A DNA stretch of 48,347 nucleotides. Source: Methanomicrobiales archaeon (GTDB taxonomy: Archaea > Halobacteriota > Methanomicrobia > Methanomicrobiales > JACTUA01). Shown here in pieces: positions 1 through 8,605 of the stretch; within the stretch, counting starts at the first letter, position 1, and every line of letters begins with the position of its first letter. The DNA is taken from NCBI GenBank assembly GCA_035506435.1, contig DATJPK010000166.1, positions 1 through 48,347 on the forward strand, written 5' to 3'. The translations under genes were made by a program, and so were the position numbers. The notes beneath the pieces are model-generated. The model saw only the letters and a list, made by a program, of their open reading frames with translations, did not search any database and was not told the origin of the DNA.

Positions 1-584
1 GTGTCCTTCGAGGTCACGTAGGGGTAGGTGCCGAAATAGAGGGAGATCCCGAACCCCTGGGTCCCCTCGATGAGGACGAAGTCATCGTCGTCCAGCGTCT
101 CGTTGATCTCGGTCGGGACATCCATCAGGTACTCGGCGAGCTCGGGGACCTCCTTCGCCTGCCTGATGACCCGCATGGCCCGGTCGGCGTTCGCCGGCCC
201 GCAGCCGGTCCCCGTTGAACCGACCTTCTTTGCCAGGTGGTCGCTCCCCCGGTCCCGGTCGATATGGGCCTGGTCGATGATCCCGCAGCGCTCGTCGACG
301 AATGCCCTGCCCTTCACCTTGAGAAGGTCCACCTCGTGGAGGAAGACCCGCGGGTCCACGAGGACCCCGGTCCCGATGCAGAGGAGGGCATCCTCGTACA
401 CGAAGCCCGAGGGCACCATCCGCACTCCGTAGGTCTTTTCGCCAACTTTCACCGTGTGGCCGGCGTTCGGGCCCACGCCCCCCCGGGAGATGATGGCCGG
501 CCGGTCCCGTTCGGCGATGTGTGCCACGATCTTCCCCTTTCCCTCGTCGCCGAAGAACCCACCCACGATGATTGTACAGGGCAT
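1..584 (-). CDS. purA: adenylosuccinate synthetase, N-terminal ~194 codons (3' end runs off the window)
   Basis: Reverse-strand reading from ATG (complement of 582-584) gives [45 protein letters not shown]..., with the GDEGKGK P-loop and GPNAGHT motifs of PurA. Absent from the ORF track because there is no stop inside the window. Confidence 0.9.
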   Translation of the reverse strand, partial: MPCTIIVGGFFGDEGKGKIVAHIAERDRPAIISRGGVGPNAGHTVKVGEKTYGVRMVPSGFVYEDALLCIGTGVLVDPRVFLHEVDLLKVKGRAFVDERCGIIDQAHIDRDRGSDHLAKKVGSTGTGCGPANADRAMRVIRQAKEVPELAEYLMDVPTEINETLDDDDFVLIEGTQGFGISLYFGTYPYVTSKD

Positions 585-635
585 TTTCCGATCATACAGA
601 ATACGGGTGGATGGGATTTATGGTTTATGATGAGC

Positions 636-741
636 GAGGGTCCGAGAGGACCCGAGCTGGAGCGACCGCTATCAGGCGGGTGCGACCAGAGGGTCCGAGA
701 GGACCCGAGCTGGAGCGACCGCTATCAGGCGGGTGAGACTG
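636..741. repeat. tandem duplication, 53-bp period, with an identical 47-bp core in both copies
   Basis: GAGGGTCCGAGAGGACCCGAGCTGGAGCGACCGCTATCAGGCGGGTG occurs at 636-682 and again at 689-735, separated by CGACCA. Each copy carries the hairpin GGGTCC-GAGA-GGACCC. Confidence 0.95.
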
Positions 742-867
742 ATCCGAGGATTTCCCGGGGAGGGGCATCGCCGGGCAGGCGAAGGGCAGCCTGCATGCCC
801 GAGGGGAGGCCGTTCCAAAGAGGAAAAGGTATTCTGCCTTTCTCCCCAACCTGAAGGTCAGGGATCC

Positions 868-1542
868 ATGAACGCCCGCAGGGTTCAGGTCGCCATATTC
901 CAGCACATGGAATCCGAAGGGCCGGGGATATTTCCCGACCTCCTCGCGAAGAGGGGTGTCCCCTTCGGGATCCACCGGCTGGACGAGACGGGAGTGGTAC
1001 CTTCCGGCCTCTCCTCCCCCCTCATCATCATGGGCGGGGCGATGTCGGTGCATGATGAGAGGGAGTTCCCCTTCCTTGCAGGGGAGAAGGAGATTATCCG
1101 GAGACATATCCGGAAAGGGATACCGGTGGTCGGGATCTGTCTTGGGGCCCAGCTCATCGCTGACGCGGCGGGAGCGAGGGTATACCCGTACCGGAAGGAG
1201 CTCGGATGGCGCGGGATCGAGCGGGAATCCTCGGATTACTTCCCCGGGTTCCCCGACCGGATGGAGGTATTCCAGTTTCACGGAGACACCTTCGACCTCC
1301 CGGCCGGGGCCACCCTGCTCTGGAGAGGCCGCGAGGTGAGAAACCAGATGTTTCTCCACGGGAGCGCGGCAGGGATCCAGTTCCATCCCGAGATAACGGT
1401 TCCGCTCATCACGGACTGGATGAAGGGCCTCCCTGCCCCGGATTTCCAGCGGCTTCTCGACGATTCCGCCCGCCTCATCCCCGCATGTCACGCCTTTTGC
1501 GAGCATGTCGTCGACCGGTTCCTTCTCGGAGGGGCCGCATGA
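868..1542 (+). CDS. class I (type 1) glutamine amidotransferase
   Basis: ORF 733..1542. I prefer the ATG at 868 (MNARRVQVAIFQH...) because the GTG at 733 lies inside the intergenic repeat. GICLGAQL nucleophile-elbow Cys and FHPE His/Glu motif. Confidence 0.85.
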   Translation: MNARRVQVAIFQHMESEGPGIFPDLLAKRGVPFGIHRLDETGVVPSGLSSPLIIMGGAMSVHDEREFPFLAGEKEIIRRHIRKGIPVVGICLGAQLIADAAGARVYPYRKELGWRGIERESSDYFPGFPDRMEVFQFHGDTFDLPAGATLLWRGREVRNQMFLHGSAAGIQFHPEITVPLITDWMKGLPAPDFQRLLDDSARLIPACHAFCEHVVDRFLLGGAA

Positions 1543-2312
1543 GAACAACCACGGGGCTCCTCCTCGACCTCGACGGAGTACTCTACGTCGGCGACCGGCC
1601 GATCCCGGGCGCAGCCGGGGCCGTCGACCGGATCCGGAAAGAGGGGCTTTCGGTCCGGTTCCTCTCGAACTCAACCCGACGGAGCCGCGCGTCGGTGGCG
1701 GCCCGGCTCCGGGGAATGGGGTTCGCGGCTGACACGGGGGAGATTCTCACCCCGGCCGTCGCAGCGGCCACCCGGCTCGCGAAGCAGGGGAAGAGCGCCT
1801 TCCTCCTGACAACGGGAGACACCCGGGAAGACTTCGGGCAGGCCGGAGTAACCCTTACCGATAAGGATCCCGATGCCGTTGTCGTCGGAGACGCCGGCGA
1901 ACTGTTCACCTACGGCCTCCTGAACCGGGCGATGCGGTTGGTACTTGGTGGCGCGGAGATCATCGCCCTCGAGAAGGACCGGACCTGGATGGGGGCGGAC
2001 GGGCTGATGCTTTCTGCAGGGCCGTTTGTCGCCGTTCTCGAGTACGCGACGGGGAAGGTGGCGACCTGCGTCGGGAAACCCTCCCCGGATTTCTTTGCGG
2101 CAGCCCTCGAAGGCTTCGGGGTTCCCGCACCGGAAGTCGCCATGGTCGGCGACGATATCGAGACCGATATCGGCGGGGCGCAGGGGTGCGGTATCCGGGG
2201 GATCCTTGTCAGGACCGGGAAGTTCCGCGAGGAGGGACTTGCCTCGTCGGGCATCCGCCCTGACCTCGTCATCGATTCGGTGGCAGACCTCCCGGATATC
2301 CTTGAGCGGTAA
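1539..2312 (+). CDS. HAD-IIA family hydrolase (NagD-like sugar phosphatase)
   Basis: In-frame ATG at 1539 (MRTTTGLLLDLDGVLY...) forms an ATGA overlap with the upstream stop. DLDGVL motif I, GKP and GDDIETD motifs. Confidence 0.85.
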   Translation: MRTTTGLLLDLDGVLYVGDRPIPGAAGAVDRIRKEGLSVRFLSNSTRRSRASVAARLRGMGFAADTGEILTPAVAAATRLAKQGKSAFLLTTGDTREDFGQAGVTLTDKDPDAVVVGDAGELFTYGLLNRAMRLVLGGAEIIALEKDRTWMGADGLMLSAGPFVAVLEYATGKVATCVGKPSPDFFAAALEGFGVPAPEVAMVGDDIETDIGGAQGCGIRGILVRTGKFREEGLASSGIRPDLVIDSVADLPDILER

Positions 2313-2314
2313 AT

Positions 2315-3211
2315 TTACCTGTCCCAGACCAGGACACCGGGGGCCGTCCCCGCCCTGCCATCCTCAGGGCCAAACGTCCGGGCAAGCGCCGTCTCGCAGT
2401 ATTCCTGTGAGATATCGATCCCGATGAACCGCCTGCCGAGGGCCCGGGCGACCCGGGTCGTCGTACCGGCCCCGTTGAAAGGGTCGAGGACCAGGTCGCC
2501 CCGGTACGAGAAGAGCTTCATCACCCGGCGGGGGAGCTCCTCGGGAAACATCGCCGGGTGGTTGTGCTCCTTCATCCGGTGCTCGGGAGGGAAGGTCCAC
2601 CTCGCCATCACCCATTCCTTGAACTCGGCGATGGAGATGTCGATGTCCTCCCGGTTCCCGGCCTTCCGGTGCGTCTCCTTGTCAAAGATCTCGATGAACT
2701 CCCAGGTATACTTCAGGTAGGGCATCGACGGGGACTTCCAGGAGCCCCAGGCGGTGTACTTTGCGTTATAGTTGTTCTTCTCCCAGAGGATCTCCGCCTT
2801 CCAGAGAAACCCTGCGTCGAGGAGCTGGCCCGAGACCAGGTGGTGCGTGGGGATGTAGTCGGAGAAGAGGGGCTGGATGTTCACCGCGATCCTGCCGCCG
2901 GGTTTCAGCACCCGGTAGCATTCCTTCCAGACACCGGCGAGGCGGTGGAAGTACTCGTTCCACTCCCGGGTGTCGTCCCGGGGATCCCCCGCATAGGCAT
3001 GGCCGAAGTTGTACGGGGGTGATGTGACGACGAGGTCAACACTTTCGGCGGGCATGGCCGGGAGAACTGCCTCTGCGTCCCCGCAGATGATCCGGTTCTC
3101 GAAGCGACGGATGCCCTCGGGCTCTTCGGTGGGGACCCGGTCCCTCCGGTCCTTGGTGCCCTTCCGGATCCGCTCCTTTCCCGGCTTGTCCCTGACCTTC
3201 TCGGGCCTCAA
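2315..3211 (-). CDS. site-specific DNA methyltransferase, beta-class N4/N6 family (SPPY, so probably N4-cytosine)
   Basis: TSPPY (motif IV) lies N-terminal to DPFNGAGTT (motif I), the circular permutation of beta-class N6_N4 MTases. The only in-frame start upstream of the conserved NRIICGDA N-terminus is TTG at 3211. Convergent with the HAD gene, with stops 2 nt apart. Confidence 0.85.
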   Translation of the reverse strand: MRPEKVRDKPGKERIRKGTKDRRDRVPTEEPEGIRRFENRIICGDAEAVLPAMPAESVDLVVTSPPYNFGHAYAGDPRDDTREWNEYFHRLAGVWKECYRVLKPGGRIAVNIQPLFSDYIPTHHLVSGQLLDAGFLWKAEILWEKNNYNAKYTAWGSWKSPSMPYLKYTWEFIEIFDKETHRKAGNREDIDISIAEFKEWVMARWTFPPEHRMKEHNHPAMFPEELPRRVMKLFSYRGDLVLDPFNGAGTTTRVARALGRRFIGIDISQEYCETALARTFGPEDGRAGTAPGVLVWDR

Positions 3212-3417
3212 CTGGTTCCCTTGAGGGAGTTGTTGGTTTCATAAGTGTTTAAGAGTAGCCACCGAAGGGCAGGATCGCCGATAGCGGCGGGCCCGGGCGT
3301 CCGGATGATTCCCCGGTGGAGCTGGCCCTTTCTCATGGCAACCGGGTAGCGTGCTGCCCGCTCGGCGATGGATTCGAAGGTCGTGTCCGAGATCGTGTCG
3401 ATGATTGCTCCGTGCAT
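3208..3417 (-). CDS. possible small ORF (69 aa) upstream of the methyltransferase; function unknown
   Basis: ATG start at 3417. Its TGA stop overlaps the TTG start of the MTase (TTGA). The first two thirds have high-GC third positions; the last ~15 codons are AT-rich and could instead be promoter DNA. No recognisable motif. Confidence 0.25.
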   Translation of the reverse strand: MHGAIIDTISDTTFESIAERAARYPVAMRKGQLHRGIIRTPGPAAIGDPALRWLLLNTYETNNSLKGTS

Positions 3418-3545
3418 GGGAAAGGGGTGAGAAAGGCATGATAAACCCCTTCGGGGTGCGGGGGGCGAAAGTAAAGGGAAGGGCCGGCCGGGTCATTCTG
3501 GGGAGCCTTTAAACATCTGGTGGGAGAATTACATCTGCGTTCACT

Positions 3546-4277
3546 ATGCTCGAGATCACGGACCTGCATGTCGAGGTGGGCGAGAAGGAGATCCTCCACG
3601 ACATCAACCTCTCCATCGGGGACGGGGAGACCCATGTCCTCATGGGGCCGAACGGGTCGGGGAAGAGCACCCTCCTCATGAGCATCATGGGGTTTTCCGG
3701 TTACCGGGTGACCCAGGGGAAGATCCTGTTCAACGGGAAGGACATCACAACCCTCCCCGTGAACGAACGGGCAAAGGCTGGGATCGGCCTCATGTTCCAG
3801 CGGCCGCCCACCATCGGGGGGCTGAAGCTCGGGAAGCTCCTCTCCGTTACCTCGGGGGGCTCCCAGGACATGGTGATGGAACAGGCCCGGGCCATGAACA
3901 TGCTCCAGTTCCTCGGGAGGGACATCAACAAGGGGTTCTCGGGCGGGGAGATCAAGAGGAGCGAGATCCTCCAGCTCACCGTCCAGCACCCCGACTTCGT
4001 GATGCTCGACGAGCCCGAGAGCGGGGTCGACCTCGAGAACATCTCCCTCATCGGGTCGGCCATCGGCCGGCTCCTCGAGAAGGACAAGCACATCGTCCAC
4101 CGGAAGAAGAGCGGGCTCATCATTACCCACACGGGTTTCATCCTGGACTACGTGGACACGAACTTCGGCCACATGATGTGCGACGGGCAGATCAAGTGCC
4201 GGGGGAACCCGAGGGAGATGCTCAAGGAGATCAAGGAACGCGGGTACCGGGAGTGCATGGAATGCCAGAAGGTCTAG
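3546..4277 (+). CDS. sufC: Fe-S cluster assembly ATPase SufC
   Basis: Walker A GPNGSGKST, FSGGE signature, Walker B LDEPESGVD. A TTTAAA TATA-like element sits ~35 nt upstream. Confidence 0.9.
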   Translation: MLEITDLHVEVGEKEILHDINLSIGDGETHVLMGPNGSGKSTLLMSIMGFSGYRVTQGKILFNGKDITTLPVNERAKAGIGLMFQRPPTIGGLKLGKLLSVTSGGSQDMVMEQARAMNMLQFLGRDINKGFSGGEIKRSEILQLTVQHPDFVMLDEPESGVDLENISLIGSAIGRLLEKDKHIVHRKKSGLIITHTGFILDYVDTNFGHMMCDGQIKCRGNPREMLKEIKERGYRECMECQKV

Positions 4278-5374
4278 GCGCACCGTTCCTCTCAAAGGAG
4301 GACCAGGATCGGCTCCGGCAGTCCGGGATCGAGCTCTCGATGATCAACCGGTGCGGGTCGTACCTGCAGACGAACCAGGACGTCCAGCACGCCACCTGCT
4401 CGGCCGAGGGGATCGAGGTCCTGTCCATCCCCGACGCCCTGAAGAAGTACGCCTGGCTGAAGGACTACTGCTGGAAGGTCGTGTCAAAGGACAAGGACGA
4501 CATCACGAAGGCGGTGGCAGCCCAGGAGAATCCCCGTGGCTATGTCATCATCGGCCGGAAGGGAACGAAGAATATCCTCCCCGTCCAGGCCTGCCTGTAC
4601 CTCGGCCGCGAGCAGATCCAGTACGTCCACAACATCATCATCGCCGAGGAGGGCGCGGAACTCCACATCGTCTCGGGGTGCGCGAGCGGGAGGCACGTCG
4701 GGAAGGGCGGTGCCCATTACGGCATCTCCGAGTTCTACGTGCAGAAGAACGCGAAGATCTCCTTCACCATGATCCACACCTGGGGGGAGGAGATCGAGGT
4801 GTACCCGCGGTCGGCCTCACGGGTCGAGGAGAACGGCACCTTCCTCTCGAACTACGTCTGCATGCAGCCCGTGAAGAAGGTCCAGATGTACCCGACGGCG
4901 AACCTGGTGGGGAAGAACGCCGTGGCCCGGTTCTCGAGTATCGTGATCGCCTCCCCCACGTCGTACATGGACCTCGGCTCCCGGGCCATCCTTGATGGCG
5001 AGGGGACGAGCGCCGAGCTCATCACCCGGGCCATCACCCGGGGCGGGACCATCATCTCCCGGGGCGAGATCAAGGGCAACAGGGCGGGGACGAAGGGCCA
5101 CCTCGAGTGCAAGGGGCTCATCCTCCGGGACGGGGTGATCCATGCCATCCCCGAGATCGAGGGGGCGGTGGTGGGCACCGAGCTCTCCCACGAGGCGGCC
5201 GTCGGGAAGATCGCACAGGAGGAGATCGAGTACCTCATGGCCAGGGGCCTCTCGGAGGACGAGGCGACGGCCACCATCATCCGGGGGTTCCTCGACGTGA
5301 AGATGACGGGGCTCCCCGACGTCCTCCAGGCGCAGATAGACGCGGCAATCGACACCGCCGAGAAAGGGTTCTAG
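4262..5374 (+). CDS. sufB: Fe-S cluster assembly scaffold SufB/SufD family
   Basis: In-frame ATG at 4262 (MPEGLGAPFLSKED...) overlaps the sufC 3' end by 16 nt. Typical SufB/D beta-helix region (HIVSGCASG..., GRAILDGEG...EAAVGKI). Confidence 0.85.
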   Translation: MPEGLGAPFLSKEDQDRLRQSGIELSMINRCGSYLQTNQDVQHATCSAEGIEVLSIPDALKKYAWLKDYCWKVVSKDKDDITKAVAAQENPRGYVIIGRKGTKNILPVQACLYLGREQIQYVHNIIIAEEGAELHIVSGCASGRHVGKGGAHYGISEFYVQKNAKISFTMIHTWGEEIEVYPRSASRVEENGTFLSNYVCMQPVKKVQMYPTANLVGKNAVARFSSIVIASPTSYMDLGSRAILDGEGTSAELITRAITRGGTIISRGEIKGNRAGTKGHLECKGLILRDGVIHAIPEIEGAVVGTELSHEAAVGKIAQEEIEYLMARGLSEDEATATIIRGFLDVKMTGLPDVLQAQIDAAIDTAEKGF

Positions 5375-5375
5375 G

Positions 5376-6038
5376 ATGCACCCCGACCCCTATGCCGACA
5401 TCCGCCTCCGGATGGTCGAGGGGCAGATCCGCGCCCGGGGGGTCAGGAACGAGCGGGTCCTCGCAGCGGTGGAAAAGGTCCCCCGGCACGTCTTTGTCCC
5501 CGACGAGATGAAGCGCCTCGCATACGACGACCGGCCGCTCCCCATTGGCGACGGGCAGACGATCTCCCAGCCCTACATCGTGGCCCTCATGACCGAGCTC
5601 CTCGACCCTCATGCCGGGGACCGGGTACTCGAGATCGGCTCGGGGAGCGGGTACCAGGCTGCCATCCTTGCCGAGCTGGCATCCGAGGTTATCACCGTTG
5701 AGCGCCTGCCTGCCGTTGCCGCCCGGGCGAGGCGCAACCTCTCGGTGGCAAAGAGCCGCCCGGTGGAGGTGGTCGTCGGGGACGGCACGCTCGGCTACCC
5801 GAAGAAGGCCCCGTACCAGGGCATCCTCGTCACCGCGGGAACACCGGAGATCCCGGAGCCCCTGGTCGACGAGCTCGCCGACGGGGGCAGGCTGGTCGCC
5901 CCGGTTGGGCCTCACGGGTTCCAGGAGCTGATCCGGCTCGTAAGGGAGGGGGAGAAAATCCGGCGGGAGACGCACGGAGGGGTGGTCTTCGTCCCCCTGA
6001 TCGGGGAGCACGGTTGGAAGGAGGAGAATGCCGGGTAA
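5376..6038 (+). CDS. pcm: protein-L-isoaspartate O-methyltransferase
   Basis: QTISQPYIVALM and SAM-binding VLEIGSGSGYQAAILA motifs. Starts 1 nt after the sufB stop. Confidence 0.9.
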   Translation: MHPDPYADIRLRMVEGQIRARGVRNERVLAAVEKVPRHVFVPDEMKRLAYDDRPLPIGDGQTISQPYIVALMTELLDPHAGDRVLEIGSGSGYQAAILAELASEVITVERLPAVAARARRNLSVAKSRPVEVVVGDGTLGYPKKAPYQGILVTAGTPEIPEPLVDELADGGRLVAPVGPHGFQELIRLVREGEKIRRETHGGVVFVPLIGEHGWKEENAG

Positions 6039-6660
6039 GTCCATCATCGACATCACCCGCCCGCTCGGGGTGGACGTCCCCCTCTACCCCGGGGACGAAC
6101 GGCCGGTCCTCAGGACGAGGATGCAGGACGGGTACATCATTACTGACCTCGCGATCACCTCCCACACGGGGACACACCTCGATGCCCCCGCGCACTACCT
6201 CGACGGCGGGACGACGGTAGACCGGATCCCCCTCGAGCGGCTCGTCGGAGGGGTCACGGTGCTCGACCTTCGGGATGTCGCCGGGGATGCCATCCCCGGG
6301 AAGGCACTGGAGGGGAGACTCCTGGAGGGAAGGGGGATCCTCTTCAGGACCCGCGCATCCGGGGCAGGCTCCTTCGGACCCGGCTTCCCGTCACTCACCC
6401 TCGACGCCGCCCGGCTCGTGGCTGCGGCTTCACCCCGCGTCGTTGGGATCGACTCCCCTTCGGTCGAGGCTCCCGGTTCCGACGGGTCGGTGCACCGCGA
6501 GCTGCTCGAGCGGGGCATCCCCATCCTCGAGCTCCTGGACCTCTCGGAGGTTCCCGCGGGAGAGTACTTCATGGTCGCACTCCCGCTCAGGCTGGAGGGG
6601 CTCGACGGCTCGCCCGCGAGGGTGATCCTTTTCACCGACAGACCGGAGGGGGCGGCATGA
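6028..6660 (+). CDS. cyclase family protein (arylformamidase/kynurenine formamidase-like fold)
   Basis: ITSHTGTHLDAPAHY metal-binding motif. Overlaps the pcm 3' end by 11 nt. Confidence 0.75.
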   Translation: MPGKSIIDITRPLGVDVPLYPGDERPVLRTRMQDGYIITDLAITSHTGTHLDAPAHYLDGGTTVDRIPLERLVGGVTVLDLRDVAGDAIPGKALEGRLLEGRGILFRTRASGAGSFGPGFPSLTLDAARLVAAASPRVVGIDSPSVEAPGSDGSVHRELLERGIPILELLDLSEVPAGEYFMVALPLRLEGLDGSPARVILFTDRPEGAA

Positions 6661-7262
6661 CCCTCCTCCTCGATGCGGTCGCTGCCCTGGAGGAGACCGC
6701 CCATGGCTCGGGCTGCGAGGACGGGGTCGCCGCCCTGACGCGGAAACCCGATGCCCCCCGCTGCCAGTATGACCGGGGGGCGACCCTCGAGGCCTCTTTT
6801 GGCGGGTTCACGGCCCACCTCGTCACGGGGTCGCCCGTCCAGACGCAGACCCGGCTCTCCTCCCTCTTTGGCCAGGATCTCACGGTCCCGGAGCAGCGCA
6901 CCGCCGCTCTCGGTATCGTGAATGCCGTTTCGGGGTTCCTCTGCCTGTCCCGGAAGCTCCATGCCTGCGACCCCGGCTGTTACGGCCCGTGCCTCGCCGA
7001 ACTCCGCGGGGAGATCGGGAGCCGCCGGATCTTTAGCCCGGTGGAGGTCCCGGTCCTTTCGAGGGAGCTCGGGAATCTTGCCGCCACGGATGCATCCGGG
7101 GCGGAAGTTATCATAATCACCGGCGAGGCCCTCGTGCAGGAGCAGGGCGATGCCGGGCTGAGAAGCATCGCGCCGGGCGCTGAGATGCTCCTTCCCGGAC
7201 CTTCGACGGCGGGGGTGGCAGCTCTCCTCAACCTGCCCCACTGGTGCCCGTACGGCCGGTGA
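6657..7262 (+). CDS. hypothetical Cys-containing protein
   Basis: ATGA overlap with the cyclase stop. HACDPGCYGPC and HWCPYG cysteine motifs. Codon usage matches the neighbours. No family recognised. Confidence 0.6.
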   Translation: MTLLLDAVAALEETAHGSGCEDGVAALTRKPDAPRCQYDRGATLEASFGGFTAHLVTGSPVQTQTRLSSLFGQDLTVPEQRTAALGIVNAVSGFLCLSRKLHACDPGCYGPCLAELRGEIGSRRIFSPVEVPVLSRELGNLAATDASGAEVIIITGEALVQEQGDAGLRSIAPGAEMLLPGPSTAGVAALLNLPHWCPYGR

Positions 7263-7329
7263 GAACCGGCCCCGGCGCCCACATGGGATCGCAGATTAAC
7301 CTGATAACGCACAAGGGAGATTGATACTT

Positions 7330-8580
7330 ATGCTGTTCGGCTCCTCGGGAATCAGGAGGCGGTACGATCTCCAGCTCGCCGATCTCGCCCTTTCTCTCGG
7401 GTACGCCCTTGCCGAAGAAGGCAGCGAGGTCGTGGTGGGGACGGACACCCGTACCACGGGGCCAATCCTTGCCGGTGCGGCCATCGCCGGCCTCCTGTCG
7501 GGGGGTGCCCGGGTCTCCTTCGGCGGGATCGCCCCCTCGCCCACCGTCGCCTACGCGGCCCGGGTTCATGATCACGGGCTCATGGTCACCGCCTCTCACA
7601 ACCCCGAGGAGTACAACGGCCTGAAGGTCTTCAACCCCGACGGGTCCTCCCTCACCCCGCCTCAGCAGGAGGATGTCGAGCGGAAGATGGAATCGGTACG
7701 GGGGAATGGCTGGGACTGCCAGGGAGAGATGACATACACCGACCTGGTGCCGGACCACGCGGGGGCCATCCTCTCCCGCCGTGAGATCGGGAGGGACCTC
7801 GTTGCGGTCGTCGATTGCGGGAACGGGGCCGGATCGGTGATCACGCCGGACCTGCTCGGCACCCTGGGTGTCGCGACCCTCGCGCTCAACTGCAATACCG
7901 CCGGGAAGTTCGCCCGGCCCTCCGAACCCGCCGAGGAGGGGCTCGGGTTCGTCGGGGAGATGGTACGGAAACGGTCTGCCGACTGCGGGGTCGTCCATGA
8001 CGGTGACGCCGACCGGATGATGGGCTTCGACGGGAAGGGGCGGTTCATCGACGGCGACCGGCTCATGGTCCTCTTTGCCCGCTACCTGGACGCCGGGAAG
8101 GTCGTGACCACGATGGACGCCTCGATGGTCCTCGACGAGGTTGCCGAGGTGCAGCGGACTCCCGTCGGGGATACCTATGTCTCCACCCGGCTCCTCGAGT
8201 GGGGCGACTTCGGCGGCGAACCCTCGGGGGCCTGGATCTTCCCCGGCCACTCGCTCTGCCCCGACGGCATCTATGCGGCAGCCCTCTTCTGCGAGATGGC
8301 CTCCGAGTGGGACATCGCGGGGGAGCTCGACGGGATCCCCCGGTACCCGATCGTGAGGGAGTCCCGGCCCTGCGACGATGCGGCCGGGGTGCTCTCCCGG
8401 CTCGGGGCGGACTCCCCCACCGACGGGATCCGCGTAGCCGGGGAGGATGGCTGGTTCCTGATACGGGCGAGCGGGACCGAGCCCAGGGTGAGGATCACTG
8501 CCGAGGGGAGGACTCCCGCCGTGGCGAAACGGCTCGCGGAACGGGCGCGCGGGATGCTTTCCCGGGCAAAAAATGCTTAA
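7330..8580 (+). CDS. glmM: phosphoglucosamine mutase / phosphohexomutase family
   Basis: In-frame ATG at 7330 (MLFGSSGIRR). Phosphoserine loop TASHNPEEYNGLKV and Mg site HDGDADR. The GlmM assignment rests on context with glmU and glmS. Confidence 0.85.
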   Translation: MLFGSSGIRRRYDLQLADLALSLGYALAEEGSEVVVGTDTRTTGPILAGAAIAGLLSGGARVSFGGIAPSPTVAYAARVHDHGLMVTASHNPEEYNGLKVFNPDGSSLTPPQQEDVERKMESVRGNGWDCQGEMTYTDLVPDHAGAILSRREIGRDLVAVVDCGNGAGSVITPDLLGTLGVATLALNCNTAGKFARPSEPAEEGLGFVGEMVRKRSADCGVVHDGDADRMMGFDGKGRFIDGDRLMVLFARYLDAGKVVTTMDASMVLDEVAEVQRTPVGDTYVSTRLLEWGDFGGEPSGAWIFPGHSLCPDGIYAAALFCEMASEWDIAGELDGIPRYPIVRESRPCDDAAGVLSRLGADSPTDGIRVAGEDGWFLIRASGTEPRVRITAEGRTPAVAKRLAERARGMLSRAKNA

Positions 8581-8605
8581 GCCCGCGCGGAGAGTACTCT
8601 AATCT

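Noticed and set aside
733-867. Upstream extensions offered by the ORF track. Examples: GTG 733 for the amidotransferase, 1206 for the HAD gene, 4178 for sufB, 9400 for the second glmU-like gene, 17939 for aglB, 20515 for the HDAC gene, 22993 for the small protein, 24484 for the PIN gene, 26358 for DPCK, 26971 for rps24e, 29577 for the DHFR-family gene.
   Set aside because: The extensions overlap the preceding gene or intergenic repeats and translate to Arg/Pro/Gly-rich junk. Internal ATG/GTG starts restore canonical N-termini, often with an SD-like GGAGG or a 4-nt stop/start overlap.
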